In this document: in pieces, positions 1-14,460 of the stretch
How the letters are laid out: every line of letters begins with the position of its first letter
Numbering within the stretch: the first letter of the stretch is position 1
Assembly: GCA_964016885.1 (NCBI GenBank)
Contig: OZ024745.1
Span: forward strand, 116,560,001 to 116,624,000
Length of the DNA stretch: 64,000 nucleotides
DNA from: Eledone cirrhosa
Lineage: Eukaryota
Reading direction: 5' to 3'
Program-made: the position numbers and the translations under genes
Notes under the pieces: model-generated
The model's input: the letters and a program-made list of their open reading frames with translations, nothing else
Told to the model about the DNA's origin: nothing
Database searches by the model: none

Positions 1-270
1 GACATTTGATGAGTATATAATGGCATAGCTGTATCAACTCTGCCAAATCCATAAAGAATATCTTCTACAAATTTCTATATCAAAGATGAATATGGGTGCT
101 TGTCTGGGTTTTAATGGGGTGTAAGATACATGTCTTTTGTATATATACACACATATATATATACACACATATATATATATATATCTTATACACACATAGA
201 CATACATAATAAACATACATATATATTAAACATATCTTGTACATACACATATATACATATATATATCTCA

Positions 271-505
271 CATACTGTTCATTTTACTGATGTTTGTGCA
301 TTGCCCTATGCACTGTACATGCACTTTTTTGATGAGTTGTGGTGCACCTGGGCACTGTACACAATATTTCATTATTGTTGTTATTATTATATCATGACTC
401 ATACACTGTTCATTTTCCTGACATTTGTACATTATTCTATGTACTATACATGCACCTTTGATGAGTTGTAGTGCACCTGAGCACTGTACACAATAATTTC
501 ATTAT
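271..505 (+). repeat. Diverged tandem duplication, about 130 bp x2
   Basis: CTGTTCATTTT...TTTGATGAGTTGT.GTGCACCTG.GCACTGTACACAAT occurs twice. Confidence 0.7.
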
Positions 506-647
506 TATTATTATTATTATACACACAAATATATATTTTCTACGTACATACATTTATATGCATATATATATATACACACATATATTTTTTCTAGATCTAA
601 AAATAAGATCAAAATTATAATTGGTGTTTTTCTTATCAATATTTCCT

Positions 648-833
648 TGGATTGGCAGTATCAGTAGAGGGTCGGACGGCATGATTTGACGTATAGAGTT
701 ACGACCCTTGACATTCTGAGTTCAAATCCCGCCGAGGTTAACTTTGCCTTTCATCCTTACGGGGTCGATAAAATAAAGTACCAGTAATGCACTGGTTAAT
801 TTGCTGGCCTTGTGCCTAAAGTAGAAACAAATA
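648..833 (+). mobile_element. tRNA-derived SINE, family A
   Basis: A-box-like TGGCAGTATCAGTAG, B-box GAGTTCAAATCCC, body GCCTTTCATCCTTACGGGGTCGATAAAATAAAGTACCAG, tail GGCCTTGTGCCTAAAGTAGAAAC. More than 12 copies in the window. Confidence 0.88.
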
Positions 834-834
834 T

Positions 835-1100
835 TTCCTTGTTTTCGAAGTGGAAAGCTCGCCGCCGCACTCTTCTTATGAAAGAGTTGGATTTCTCAAT
901 AAGTTGTCTCATATATTCATCATTTGATGGAAGTGGTACATCCTTGACGGATATAGGAATCCTGTTGCAAACAATCCTCGATGGTTCGGGTGCCCGTTTT
1001 GACGGGCGTCCGTGACCGCCTGTAGCCTCTACGTGGATAGGCATGGTGGGCAGCGCCACCGCTGTAGGCATTCCGGCGCGCGGCTTCTTATGTGAAAAAT
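835..1100 (-). mobile_element. PLE N-terminal ORF fragment
   Basis: SVKDVPLPSNDEYMRQLIEKSNSFIRRVRRRAFHF resembles the recalled KNIP.P...Y...LI.K...F..RMRW.A.FF motif upstream of PLE RTs. Confidence 0.55.
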
Positions 1101-1118
1101 AATTGTTGATGCTACTCA

Positions 1119-1432
1119 TTTTTTCTACGTTTGGCACAAGGCCAGCAATTATCCCAGTGAATTACAGGTACTTTATTTTATCGATCCCGTAAAAATGAAA
1201 GGCAAAGTTAATCTCGGCGAGATTTCAACTCAGACCGTAAAGGGTCGTAACTCTATACTGCAAAGCATGATGTCCGCCCCTCTACCCATACTGCCAATCC
1301 ACCAATGGTAAATAATTGTTTCTACTTTTGGCACAAGGCCAGCAATTATCACAGTGTATTACTGGTACTTTATTTGAAAGGCAAAGTTAACTTCGGCGGG
1401 ATTTGAACTCAGATCATAAAGGGACGTAACTA
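1119..1432 (-). mobile_element. Two adjacent family A SINEs (full 1119-1303, partial 1310-1432)
   Basis: Reverse-complement matches to the family A consensus. Confidence 0.85.
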
Positions 1433-2114
1433 TTATAATAATAATGAAGAGTTTTATCAACGTGTATTTGAAAGTTCTTTACTCTCAATCAATCTGATAT
1501 ATACACTAGACCACCGTTCACTTAAAAATATTTTTTTTTAAATCACGTTCACTTAAAATTAATTTTTAAATAATTAAAATACATACAGACATGTATATAA
1601 TGTGAAATGAAATTTTCAATCTACTCTCTCACAACTACTATCTCTTTCTCTCTATATTTCTCTCTCTCTATTTATTAAGGTACCCGGAAAAAAACACTTA
1701 TCACGGGAACCCGTGCACCTATTTACGCGAAAATTGTCTTATTCCGTTTGTATTCCCATTTCAGGGTCAACTTCCTTTGAAAGTTTTGACCCATTATGCG
1801 CCCTTTTGGCTGTATTAAATTACAGACAAGCACACAATCACAGAGTTTTAACAGTTTATATATGAAAACATTAACATAGAAGGTATAAAACTGCAGCGTA
1901 CTGTACATTTGTCACAGAAAGAGATAAGCTTATTGGCTAAATGTCTCTTACACCACTTACTTTGATAATTGTCTTGAGAATTAAATAAAATTCGCAGTAT
2001 TTAACAACTGAGAACTTATCCATCTCGGATTGGGCAAAATAAAATGCCCTGTACTGTGTTTTGAAATCTTACCGAGGTAGCTTTTGATATTCCTTTATTA
2101 TTTCGTGATCGATC

Positions 2115-2245
2115 AGACACGCTGGAAGAGCCATTCCAGTTCGCGAGGCTCACACCTGCGGGTAGCCAAAACTGTGCCGATGGTGGTCAACAGGGAGGTA
2201 GCCCTAGGGTCAAGGACACCAGAATTCTCCACTGCCATGGCCAAG
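2115..2245 (-). mobile_element. CRE-like RLE fragment, same family as 41370-41490
   Basis: The minus strand reads MAVENSGVLDPRATSLLTTIGTVLATRRCEPRELEWLFQRV, with clear DNA similarity to 41370-41485. Confidence 0.7.
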
Positions 2246-3357
2246 TCATTTGCAGATCGTCAAAATTAATAGAACGCCAGAAAATATTACTATTGTATCT
2301 AATTATGTTCAAATCTTATCAACATTGTATTTTATTGCTCAAGTATCGACAGATAAATAAAAAGAACTATTTATTATTCCTATAGATGTGAATGAAATGA
2401 TAATAGAAGACCCCGTCAATACTTCATTAAATGATTTGGCCTTGAAACTAATTTCGAAATGAATATTTTCATCAGAAAATACATAATATAATTAGTGAAG
2501 CAAATTTGAGTAGAATCAACTTAACATTAAATGTTATTGTGTTTAATAAAGTAAATAGCAGTCACGTAATGGGTTTAAACTAAATCGATTTACTTTTCTC
2601 CTAAAATATGTGGCTTTCTGCTTAATTTAGGATCAATAATTATAAATGTCAATAGAATGATGTATAGCAAAATCAATAGAGCGGCGAACTAATCCTTTGT
2701 TGTGTTATGTTGCGTCATTTTATGTTCTTGACTGAAATCCTGCTGAAATTAGCTTTGTCTTTCATACATCCGGAATTATTAAATAAAATATTAGTGAAGT
2801 AATTATCGGATAAAATCCAGCGAATCTTCCGCCAAATTATAACCAGTATTAGAAATTATTTCCATCGCCAACATCCGTTCGAAAGATTTTCGACCTTTCT
2901 CACAATGTTGTAAATAAAGGTTAATAATTCTGCTTTTATAACTATCAATACAAACTGTACAATTCCATACTAAACGCGTCTCTTGATATTCCGTTATGTC
3001 TCTTAAATTACGTTAAAATTTAACAAATTTCGGTTTTCCGTTCCTCCTGGCACTAAATCGATACAATAAATATCCTTAGCATACTGCTATTAATATTTAT
3101 TGATTACACTCTTCTCTTAATTGACTTATGGGTAAATTTCAATCGGATTGTTATCATGAGCGCAAAAAACTAATTTTGGATACAGATGAATTCCATTATT
3201 CTAAACTGCAACACATTGCTTAGTACAGATTCTATGGATTCTGAAATAATTAATAGAAAAATCAATATTGAACGGATTTGAACTCTGAGAATAAAATAAC
3301 TACATAGTGCAAGATATTTTACTCAGATTCTGCTACCCAACTCCGTCATTGTGTTAA

Positions 3358-3779
3358 TAATGTTTTCTTATATAGGCACAAGGCCAGCAATTTTGGGCGT
3401 ACGCAAAGTGGCTTAAATCAAACCCCAGTGCATTACTGGTACTTTATGTTATACACTTCCTAAGGATGGAAGGCAAAGCTAACTTGGGTGGCATTTGAAC
3501 TCAGAACGTAAAGGGCCGTAACTCTATGAGGCAAAGCATGGTGTCAGACGCTCTACCGATTTTGCAAATCCATCGTCATAGTATTAATAATTGTTTCTAC
3601 TTTTGGCACCAAGCCAGCAATTATCCCAGTGCATTACTGGTACTTTATTTTGTCGACCCCGTAAGGATGAAAGGCAAAGTTCACCTCGGCGGGATTTGAA
3701 CTCAGACCGTAAAGGGCTGTAACTCTATGCTGCAAAGCATGGAGTCCGACGCTCTCCCGATACTGCCAATCCACCGCCT
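3358..3779 (-). mobile_element. Two tandem family A SINEs (3358-3578, 3587-3779)
   Basis: Full head-to-tail matches. The second is flanked by the direct repeat CATAGTATTAATAAT (TSD). Confidence 0.88.
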
Positions 3780-4108
3780 TTGCCATAGTATTAATAATCC
3801 AGACTTGTAAAATTATCTCAAGATCATGACTTTATATCGATAGATATATCTAACCACATATTTCTTTACGACATAAATTTTAACAGAATAATCGATAATA
3901 TTCCTCACAGGAAATAATTCACTAGCATCAAATAAGAAAGGTAAATGACTGAAGCACGATGCGGTGAAGATAAACAGAATATCTTTTACTTGTTGCAAGG
4001 TTAATGAAACCTTATAAATCACATTGGAATGATTATCGATTATTCAGCGAAATGTATGTATTAAGGAAACATAGTGTTATATTCACTCTCTCTCCCTCTC
4101 TCTCTCTC

Positions 4109-4149
<41 letters not shown>

Positions 4150-4164
4150 TGAGAGTGAGAGTGA

Positions 4165-4195
<31 letters not shown>

Positions 4196-4197
4196 GG

Positions 4198-4412
4198 GTA
4201 GAACACTGGAAGGTTATATCCGTAGTGGTAGAGCACTCAGTCTATGGGACGAGTTAAGTAGAAGTAGTAACATAACAGTTGGTTCACCATACCGAGAACA
4301 ATTGTTTCACCTTAGCGGATCTTCAGCGCGTACTGGTCATGGTTATACGGAATATGAAGCTTCATGTTCCGTATAACCATCTCGGTATGGTGAACTAACT
4401 GTTCTATTACTA
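4198..4412 (-). mobile_element. PLE pseudo-LTR with hammerhead core (4292-4330) and a short inverted copy
   Basis: Minus strand CTGAAGA-TCCGCTAAGGT-GAAACAATTGTT-CTCGG. 4381-4410 is an inverted repeat of 4262-4296. Confidence 0.7.
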
Positions 4413-4416
4413 ATTA

Positions 4417-4571
<155 letters not shown>

Positions 4572-4607
4572 CATATGTATAAATATACATATATATACGT
4601 ATATTTA

Positions 4608-4702
<95 letters not shown>

Positions 4703-4739
4703 TTGCGAGGTTTTTGATATGAAATCGTGTGTCGAAACA

Positions 4740-5280
4740 AATAAACAGAAAAAATGAATGGAATAACAACAACACCCAAACAAACAACACTGACCTAAGA
4801 GAAGTATAAATAAATAAATACATACACAAGCACAGTAACAACAAACACATATAAACACACACTAGTAAACTAAGATAGAATACAATAACCAATACACAGT
4901 CACCCAAACACGAACACACATCAAACAAAACACTATACACACACGCAAACGCATGCGCAGAGAAGACAATAACATAAACAAATAAATAAACAGACTAAAT
5001 AAAGATGGCGTAGGCATACAATACAACGGGAGGAAACATAATAGCACCACTGACGATGTTGCAGATGTGCAACGAAAGAATTTTGTTAGACTATATATAT
5101 GTGTTCGTGTCTATATTGTAACTGTATTTTTGACCGCTGGTCAGTCAATGGTAACATTGAGGACCGAATAAATTAAATTAACCGATATAAAAGACACAGA
5201 AGCGAAAACCAACCAAACAGTGAGTGTGTTCTTTTATTAATTCTGGCAATATTATTACACAAATATGACCCTCCCCAAGT
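4740..5280 (+). mobile_element. PLE 3' UTR/pseudo-LTR (same family as 54235-54830) with hammerhead core at 5050-5077
   Basis: DNA match to 54235-54630; CTGACGA-TGTTGCA-GATG-TGCAAC-GAAA; flanked by (TA)n. Confidence 0.72.
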
Positions 5281-5305
5281 ATAACAATATATATATATAT
5301 ATTTA

Positions 5306-5367
<62 letters not shown>

Positions 5368-5567
5368 TAAACAAATAATGAATAAAACAATGAAACAGTT
5401 CCTTATATTAAACAAAAAAAGTTCATTATTTAACGATCGTTTCTAGGATATATATGTGTTAGAATTGGCATGCATATTCAACAGATCTATGTACAAAATT
5501 ATACAAAATTATACAAACTATCAAGATTAAATATACATACCAAACACACATATATGCCGTCTTCAGA

Positions 5568-5662
<95 letters not shown>

Positions 5663-6069
5663 TAGATAGATAGATATTCACACCCAAAGAAACATGCATA
5701 TAAATGTATACACATTCATATATCATTCCATTTGAAAAGAAGAGAAATGGCTGCTTTCTTTTAGAAGTTCTGGGGAGGGCTTTTAAATAAGTCTTAAAGA
5801 ACGCAGGCTTTCAGTTTTCTTCATTTTAAGGTTTCTTAAAACGATTTCATTTTAGTTGTTTTATTTTACAATCTACCGTATTTCATTGTTGTGTTTATGT
5901 TTTCTATTTATGCAATAAAACACAACAAGGTTTCGAAATCATTTAGGTTACCTACTAATATAAGTTATATTCTTCTTAGAAATAATTTATAGAACTAAGT
6001 TCTGAAAGCGCTGACACCACATGGCAAGTAATATGATCCAGGCTTTTTATGAATTAGCTCTTGTGGTTG

Positions 6070-6237
6070 TCTCAGTATCGGTAAAGCGTCCTTCTGAGTT
6101 CAAATCCCGCCGTGATTAACTTTGACATTCATCACGGGAGTCAATAAAATAAAGTACCAGTAACGCACTGGATCTATTTTATTGACTTTCTCTTTCCCTA
6201 AAATTGCTTGCCTTGTGCCTAAATCAGAAAACATTAT
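6070..6237 (+). mobile_element. Family A SINE, diverged
   Basis: CTGAGTTCAAATCCCGCC...AAAATAAAGTACCAG...CCTTGTGCCTAAA. Confidence 0.75.
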
Positions 6238-6539
6238 TTCAGTTTATGATGGAATTGTTGGATTTGAGACTATCACAAACAAAGACGAGGTTTGAAAAAG
6301 ACAAGTCTTGTAAATACATTACGTAGATTACCTTATCGAAATTACAAGCAATGAGGAAATATTATCAGACACACAAGTAAAATTTCTAGAAGCTGTGAGA
6401 TAATTTTTATATGAATTCTTCTTTAATTGTAAAACGGATTACTGACAAAAAGAAATATTTTGAAATGTACAAAAAGATGTTTAGTGTAGCCTCAATCAAT
6501 CAATGAATCTCTATTAATAATAATAATAATAATAATAAT

Positions 6540-6672
6540 AATTGTTTTACTGTTGGCACAAGGCCAGCAATTACCCAGTATATTACTGGTACTTTATTTT
6601 ATCGACCCCGTATGGATGAAAGACAAAGTTAACCTCGGCGGGATTTGAACTCAGATCATAGAGGGACCTAAC
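6540..6672 (-). mobile_element. Family A SINE, partial, tail in (AAT)n
   Basis: Reverse-complement match to body and tail. Confidence 0.8.
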
Positions 6673-7115
6673 TATATAATAATAATAATATATATATGCA
6701 TATATATATGCGAACGGGAATAAAATATAGGTGACCTCCGAAATAAGTATGTAGTTTCACTTAAGAAATACATACATAAAATTTGTCATTGGAATACGTA
6801 CTTATGAATAATCTAAATCAATATGCAGTGAGACAGTTTCAAAATAAAAACTTGTAATCATATTCCTAGCCAGTGACTATATTATTGCGAACAAATAGGA
6901 TTGCATTACTCTGCAGAAAATGCCTCAGATCCTACATTTTTTTAAAAGTAATATTAATTGTATAGAAATACAGTATGATTTAAAACACTTCATTATTTCT
7001 TTATGACTCAAGGGACTGGAACTTCGAAATCAATTATTTATTTCCAAAGATAATCGTAGTATTTACATATTATATTATATTATATTATATTATATTATAT
7101 TATATTATATTATAT

Positions 7116-7243
<128 letters not shown>

Positions 7244-7450
7244 AGAGTTTTTATGTTTTTCACTCTGGTGGTAAAAATACCCTGTAATGAAAAAAACATG
7301 TTCTTTTCATGTATATATATATTTTGAAGAACCCGGAAAATTTTCCTTGAGCTCATTATATTACAGGGAACAGCATATACATATGTGTGTGCGTGTTTGT
7401 ATGTATGCGTATATATATATATATATACATATGTATATATATATATATAC

Positions 7451-7546
<96 letters not shown>

Positions 7547-7744
7547 AATGTAGAAAAGTGACACGAGTCATATATAAACAAATAGTAAAAAGGAAAAAAA
7601 AGCACACTAGGAAATGCTAGAGGGATTTTTTCAGTATAACATCAAAACATTTATTTACAAAGTAGGGAATTCCGCATTTAATTGTGCCGGTTTCGGCTTT
7701 ATATGTTTTTCAACGACGGTTGCAGTTAAATTACTTATTAATAA

Positions 7745-7830
7745 TAATAATTGTTTCTACTTTAGGCACAAGGCCAGCAATCACCCAGTGCATTACTGGT
7801 ACTTTATTTTATCGACCAATAAAATGGAGG
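7745..7830 (-). mobile_element. Family A SINE 3' fragment
   Basis: TTGTTTCTACTTTAGGCACAAGGCCAGCAA...GGTACTTTATTTTATCGACC. Confidence 0.75.
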
Positions 7831-9381
7831 ATTTTTTTTTTATTTTTACATACATATTTAGGGAGGAAAGTTCATATTTTTGTCCGTAGTTTTGTTTCGT
7901 TCTCTGTTAGTGTTGAACAACAGTGGTGGTTGTAGTTTAGGTTGTTGGCTTCCACTGTAGTGGTAGTAGCGAGGAGAGAAGGGGAAAGAGAGGAAGAAGG
8001 GGAAGAAGTGGGAGAGGTGGGAGTAGAAGACAACGAATAAGAAGAGGGAGAGACAGGGAATAGGTGTGGTAGTAATATTAGGGTTATGGTAAGGAAGGGG
8101 AAAATGGAAAAGGGGTGCGTTGAGTAGTAGGGGACAGTGATAGTTACACTGTTAATAAGAGCTGTACGTAGCATTGTCTTAAATGATTGAGTTGACTGGC
8201 GAACCTTAGTGTTGACTGGAATCCATAGTTAATTCCAACGTGCCCTAAAACTCAGTATCCAGGAACTTAGACACCCCAAAGTAAAGAATGAATCGAAACT
8301 GAAAGCTATTTTCTCGTATTCAAAATGAATCGAAACTGAAAGATATTTTCATTTATTCATAAACATTGTTTTCAACATACATTCATTGCATTTGAACACG
8401 CCTGGTATCTTGTGCCTATATTGCATGTAAATACTGGGTGAGGAGCTTTAGAAAGGAGTGAAACGTAGTATTATCTGTATAGGGATTTGTGTTGTCATCG
8501 GGAAAATCACGTCATTAATAAATGGAAACTTGAATGTTACAGAAGTTACTAAACCTTAAGACACAACAGGGTTCACGGTGTTGACCAGAGTGACCTCAGA
8601 CACACAGGCTACAGAGGTGCGATCTGTGAGTATAACTCTTACCCTAGAAATGAGACGTTGATGAAGTCCAGAGGCAGTCAATTTAGATTGCTGTATACGA
8701 GTAATGGCTGAGTGATTTAATGTCATGCTCTCAACTGCAGAAATAGACAGAAGGTAAATTTGGAATGTTATCCGTGATATACTAGCACGATATATCTCCC
8801 CAGCTTCTCATCATAAAACATGAGTTATGTGCCGGTTCTTTAAACTGCACTCAAGGTTCTGAAATAGGAATGAAATCTCCCAAATCACAACCCACCTTCT
8901 TATAAAAGAGAAAGCCAATGTGGTCTTAGATAATATTAAAAAGTCATGTGTTACCATCTGTTCATAGTTAATCTAGATCGGAACCTGGGGCTAACAACTA
9001 TTGAAGACATACAAGGTGTTGATATTTATCACATATAGATGAAGAAGAGTATTGACCTTTCAAAATTAAGTGGAATATTATCTAGATGTGATTAAAAAAT
9101 AATACCATTGGGGTCATCTTCAGTGTTTCGATCTTGATAATTATATAGAATTTCTTTGAGAAATACATTGTCTTGTATATGGGGATTTATATCAATTACG
9201 TTGATCAAATTTATTTGAATTTCATCTTTAATTATTATAATGAATGCAATTTAATATGAGCGACGAGATGCCGTTTTATCTTTGAATCAGAAAGAATTTC
9301 CTGAATATAAATCATGAAATGATTATAATAGCTAAGTTAATACGTATATATCTTTAGTGTCTGACAGAGAAACATCACGTA

Positions 9382-9429
<48 letters not shown>

Positions 9430-9527
9430 GCATAAAGACGTGTCACAAACATACACAAATGTTTACATAAAGTCAGAAAAGTCTAGTTCTAAACTCTGTC
9501 AGTTTGTCTATCTGCCTGTCATCGGGG

Positions 9528-9595
<68 letters not shown>

Positions 9596-9761
9596 CCCTC
9601 TCTCTATCTATCTACCTCTCTCTATCTCTCTCTCTCTCTCTCCCTATATATATATAAGGATATGTATATATATATATATATACATATATGTAAGAACATA
9701 CACGCACAGAAACACATACATACGTATGTTCACATAGATACACTAACACATTCACAGACGC

Positions 9762-9796
<35 letters not shown>

Positions 9797-9981
9797 AAGG
9801 TTCAGGACCCCGACGGCAGAGCTCAAGCCGTTTCGACAGCTATTTCTAGACGCGTCCAGAAATAGCTGTCGAAACGGCCTGAGCTCTGCCGTCGGGGTCT
9901 TAAACCTTTTTCTATTACCCACTCTACTACCCAAAGTATTGAGTACGTTATGGTCCACCTGGTTCCTTACCACACTTCCTT

Positions 9982-10049
<68 letters not shown>

Positions 10050-10227
10050 CGAAGGAAATGTGGTAAGGAACCAGGTGGACCATAATGCACCAAAGTACTC
10101 AATAATTAGGGTAGTAGAGAGGGTAATAGAGTGGGTAATAAAAAAAATAAAAGTTTTTTTTTTCTTTTAGTCCAGAATTAGCCGTCGAAACGGCTTGAGC
10201 TCAGCCGTCGGGGTCCTACTCGTTCCT
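9797..10227. mobile_element. Two P4 mini-elements arranged tail-to-tail around a (TA)n tract
   Basis: Palindrome at 9797-9910; 9912-9985 is inverted relative to 10048-10140. Confidence 0.75.
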
Positions 10228-10244
10228 ATATATATATATATATG

Positions 10245-11530
10245 CAAACAGGGAGAAAGAGACGATTATGAGGAAGAAAATTATATTTTTTTCCTTTTTT
10301 TGTCTCTCTCTCTCTCTTTTCTGGGTTAGAAAATGATTAAAACGAAATGTTTTACTTTGTGTGAAGTGTTAAGGTATTAGTTGATTTATTTATTATTTAA
10401 CAATGGCATTTATTTATCTATTTATATATTTAATTATTGTATATTACCGGTTTCTGCATTTATATGCATTATCAAATGATAGTGAAATGTGTTAGTGAGG
10501 TGTCGCACATGTTAAACAGAAGGTGCAGAAAGAATAATGTTATATACAAACAAGGTTGAAGAAATAAAAAGTAAAAAGAAAAAAGAAAAAGGAAAGAAAA
10601 CGTGCATAATGTGGAACGTTAAGCAGTTCAAAATGTGTTAATATCGCAAGAGTGCTTAGTTGAACCATGGTTCCGTGAAGGAGGCAAATGGTGGACTGTG
10701 GTTTGATATGATTTCCCTTTTTAGAGAGTTAATATGCAGGGGGAAGCAATTCTTGCTTGGTGATATTTAATTTATTTAAGAAAAAGGATTAGATAGGGTG
10801 TGAGGGAGGTAAATTTTGTAAATGTTTGATGGTTTGTTGCAGTTTTAGATTGGTCCGATTTTTAGGGCATTGAGTAGTGGTTGAAATTTATTAATGAAAT
10901 GTGTTTCCTTGTTGGTACGTTGGATGAAAGTAGCGTTGTCTATGAATATGTAAATGAATTTGTAAATGAATTTGTCTATGAATTTGTAAATTGCCTCCTT
11001 CACGGAACTATGGTTCAACTAAGCACTCTTGCGATATTAACACATTTTGAACTGCTTAACTTCAATGACTGTGCTTGTAAATAACATTATTTTTTCTCCC
11101 ACATTGACTTTTTACGTTCCACATTATGCACATTTATTTTTCCTTTTTGTTTTTTCTTTTCACTTCTTCAACCTTGTTTGTATATAACATTATTCTTTCT
11201 GCACCATCTGTTTAACATGTGCGACACAACACTAATACATTTCACTATCATTTGATAATGCATATAAATGCAGAAACCGGTAATATACAATAATTAAATA
11301 TATTAATAGATAAATAAATGCCATTGTTAAATAATAAATAAATCAACTAATACCTTAACACTTCACACAAAGTAAAACATTTCGTTTTAATCATCATTTT
11401 CTAACCCAGAAAAAAGAGAGAGACAAAGAAAAGGAAAAAAATATATTTTTCTTCCTCATAATCGTCTCTTTCTCCCTTTTCATATATATATATATATATA
11501 TCCCAACTCGTGTGCCTCCTCTCGACATGT
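10245..11530. mobile_element. PLE relic with a long inverted pseudo-LTR (arms about 10250-10690 and 10990-11480)
   Basis: The arms are reverse complements. The spacer encodes on the minus strand RTNKETHFINKFQPLLN (GIY-YIG C-terminal pattern). Each arm holds the hammerhead-like TTGATAA-TGCAT..ATGCA-GAAACCGGTA. Confidence 0.75.
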
Positions 11531-11537
11531 TATTATC

Positions 11538-11619
<82 letters not shown>

Positions 11620-11620
11620 G

Positions 11621-12233
<613 letters not shown>

Positions 12234-12243
12234 CAGCACCTAC

Positions 12244-12335
<92 letters not shown>

Positions 12336-12659
12336 GTAGGTGCTGAAATATATAGATGTAGAAATGTAAATCCAATTTAGGAATAGATAATTCGTCTTTA
12401 ATATTATATTTGCGTCAGAAATATAATAAGGCGCCAAGGAATCTCAAGAGGAACTGATAAGTGAGAGATATCTTGCAATGTCTTACAGAATTCTTGCCAA
12501 GTCACAAAGGAAGCGATACACATTCTATGGAATGTACAAATGAATTTAACTTCAAACAGGCATTTTGAATTCGAAGCCACTGAAATTCTATTGGTAAGTT
12601 GTATATATTTCAATACTTTGTATATCTTCTGTCTAACGATATCTATGTATCTAACTCTC

Positions 12660-12720
12660 TACACACAGACACACACACACAAACAGACACCAACACACAC
12701 ACACACACAGTCATAAATAA

Positions 12721-12755
<35 letters not shown>

Positions 12756-12806
12756 ATATATATACACATATATATATACATATTATATATATATATATAT
12801 ATATAA

Positions 12807-12876
<70 letters not shown>

Positions 12877-12877
12877 C

Positions 12878-12927
<50 letters not shown>

Positions 12928-12938
12928 TATATACATAT

Positions 12939-13035
<97 letters not shown>

Positions 13036-13036
13036 C

Positions 13037-13098
<62 letters not shown>

Positions 13099-13109
13099 TA
13101 TATACATAT

Positions 13110-13167
<58 letters not shown>
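12660..13167. repeat. Compound (CA)n/(TA)n microsatellite, representative of more than 20 such tracts in the window
   Basis: Direct reading. Confidence 0.95.
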
Positions 13168-13172
<5 letters not shown>

Positions 13173-13535
13173 ATATTAAATAAATGGAAACCATATTTAT
13201 AAAACCATATTTATTCTATTATATATATTTCAAGGGTACCAACAATTTTGGTACGCTATCATCAGATAAAATACAAAAAGTTTTATAGATATTTGACATG
13301 ACCAAGGATAATATACCTTAACGGTTCAAGTTATCCCTGGAAATATCCAGAGATAACTTGAATATCCAGGGATAACTTGAACCGTTAAGGTATATTATCC
13401 TTGGTCATGTCAAATATTTATAAAACATTTTGTATTTTATCTGATGATAGCGTACTAAGATTTTTGGTACCCTTGAAATATATATTCCATTTATTTAATA
13501 TCATTGAATACTTGCTCCAGAAATATCTCTTCTAC
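13168..13535. mobile_element. Fold-back mini-element family P2, with hammerheads on both arms (13212-13274 minus, 13432-13495 plus)
   Basis: TATTTTAT-CTGATGA-TAGCGTACC..GGTACCCTT-GAAATATATATA-ATAGAATA; the arms are reverse complementary. Confidence 0.8.
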
Positions 13536-13570
13536 ATATATATATATATCTTTCCACTCACGTGTACACT

Positions 13571-13603
<33 letters not shown>

Positions 13604-14257
13604 GTGTATGTGTGTGTGTGTGTATGTGTGTGTGTGTGTATGTATGTGTGTGTGTGTAAAGTTTTTCGAAATGTGTAGAAAGAATAACATTTGCAAGAAT
13701 GCTTTGCTCTTCGTAAAGCTACCACAACGCAGATTCTTAACTTATAATAGTTGAAAAATCGAGAATATAATAACTTGAGACAGAAAATTGGAACGGAAAG
13801 TCAGCGGAAATTGAACCCGCATCTCCCAGAAAGAAGTGATTCTTTATCCAATAAAAACTCTTCTACTCTTCGCAACTACATCAACACTAATGCATGTGTC
13901 GTTCTAAAGCATTGGTTAGTGGAACTCTTATTTCTTCCAATTAACAATGAATCGAAAACACTATATAAGTATTATGGGAAATCATTTTTTTATAAAAATA
14001 ATCAGGCAACATATTTTCATATTCAGATAGGCGGAAAGAGGCCTTATCAACACACTATCTAAATAAACATGATGTTATATATTAAGAAATAAAAATCATT
14101 TTGGTTTTACAAAATACATTTTATATTAATGGCTCGAGGTGGAGACATCTTTGTCGCTCAGAGATTTATAACTTCCTACTAATTTCGTAAAGTGGCTAAT
14201 TGGTAGGGTCGTTGAATAAAGTGCTTTGTGTTATTCGTTTTATCTCTCTGCCCTATC

Positions 14258-14460
14258 ATTTCAAATCCCGCCGAGGTCTATTGAGACTTTCATCCATTCG
14301 AGATCGATAAAAAGTACCAGTACAGTACTGAGGTCGATTCTTCCTTTATATCTCTTTCTAACTTCCATGCTCTCACACGCTTTCCTTCTTTGGAAGAAAT
14401 CTGCTGTATTCACACCTGGCAAGGAGAAGGGCTCGACCAGGTTTAACAATGCCCTATAAA
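14258..14460 (+). mobile_element. Older SINE variant sharing the family A body but with a different tail
   Basis: TTCAAATCCCGCCGAGGTC...AAAAGTACCAG followed by GGAAGAAATCTGCTGTATTCACACCTGG. The same arrangement occurs at 63236-63480. Confidence 0.6.
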
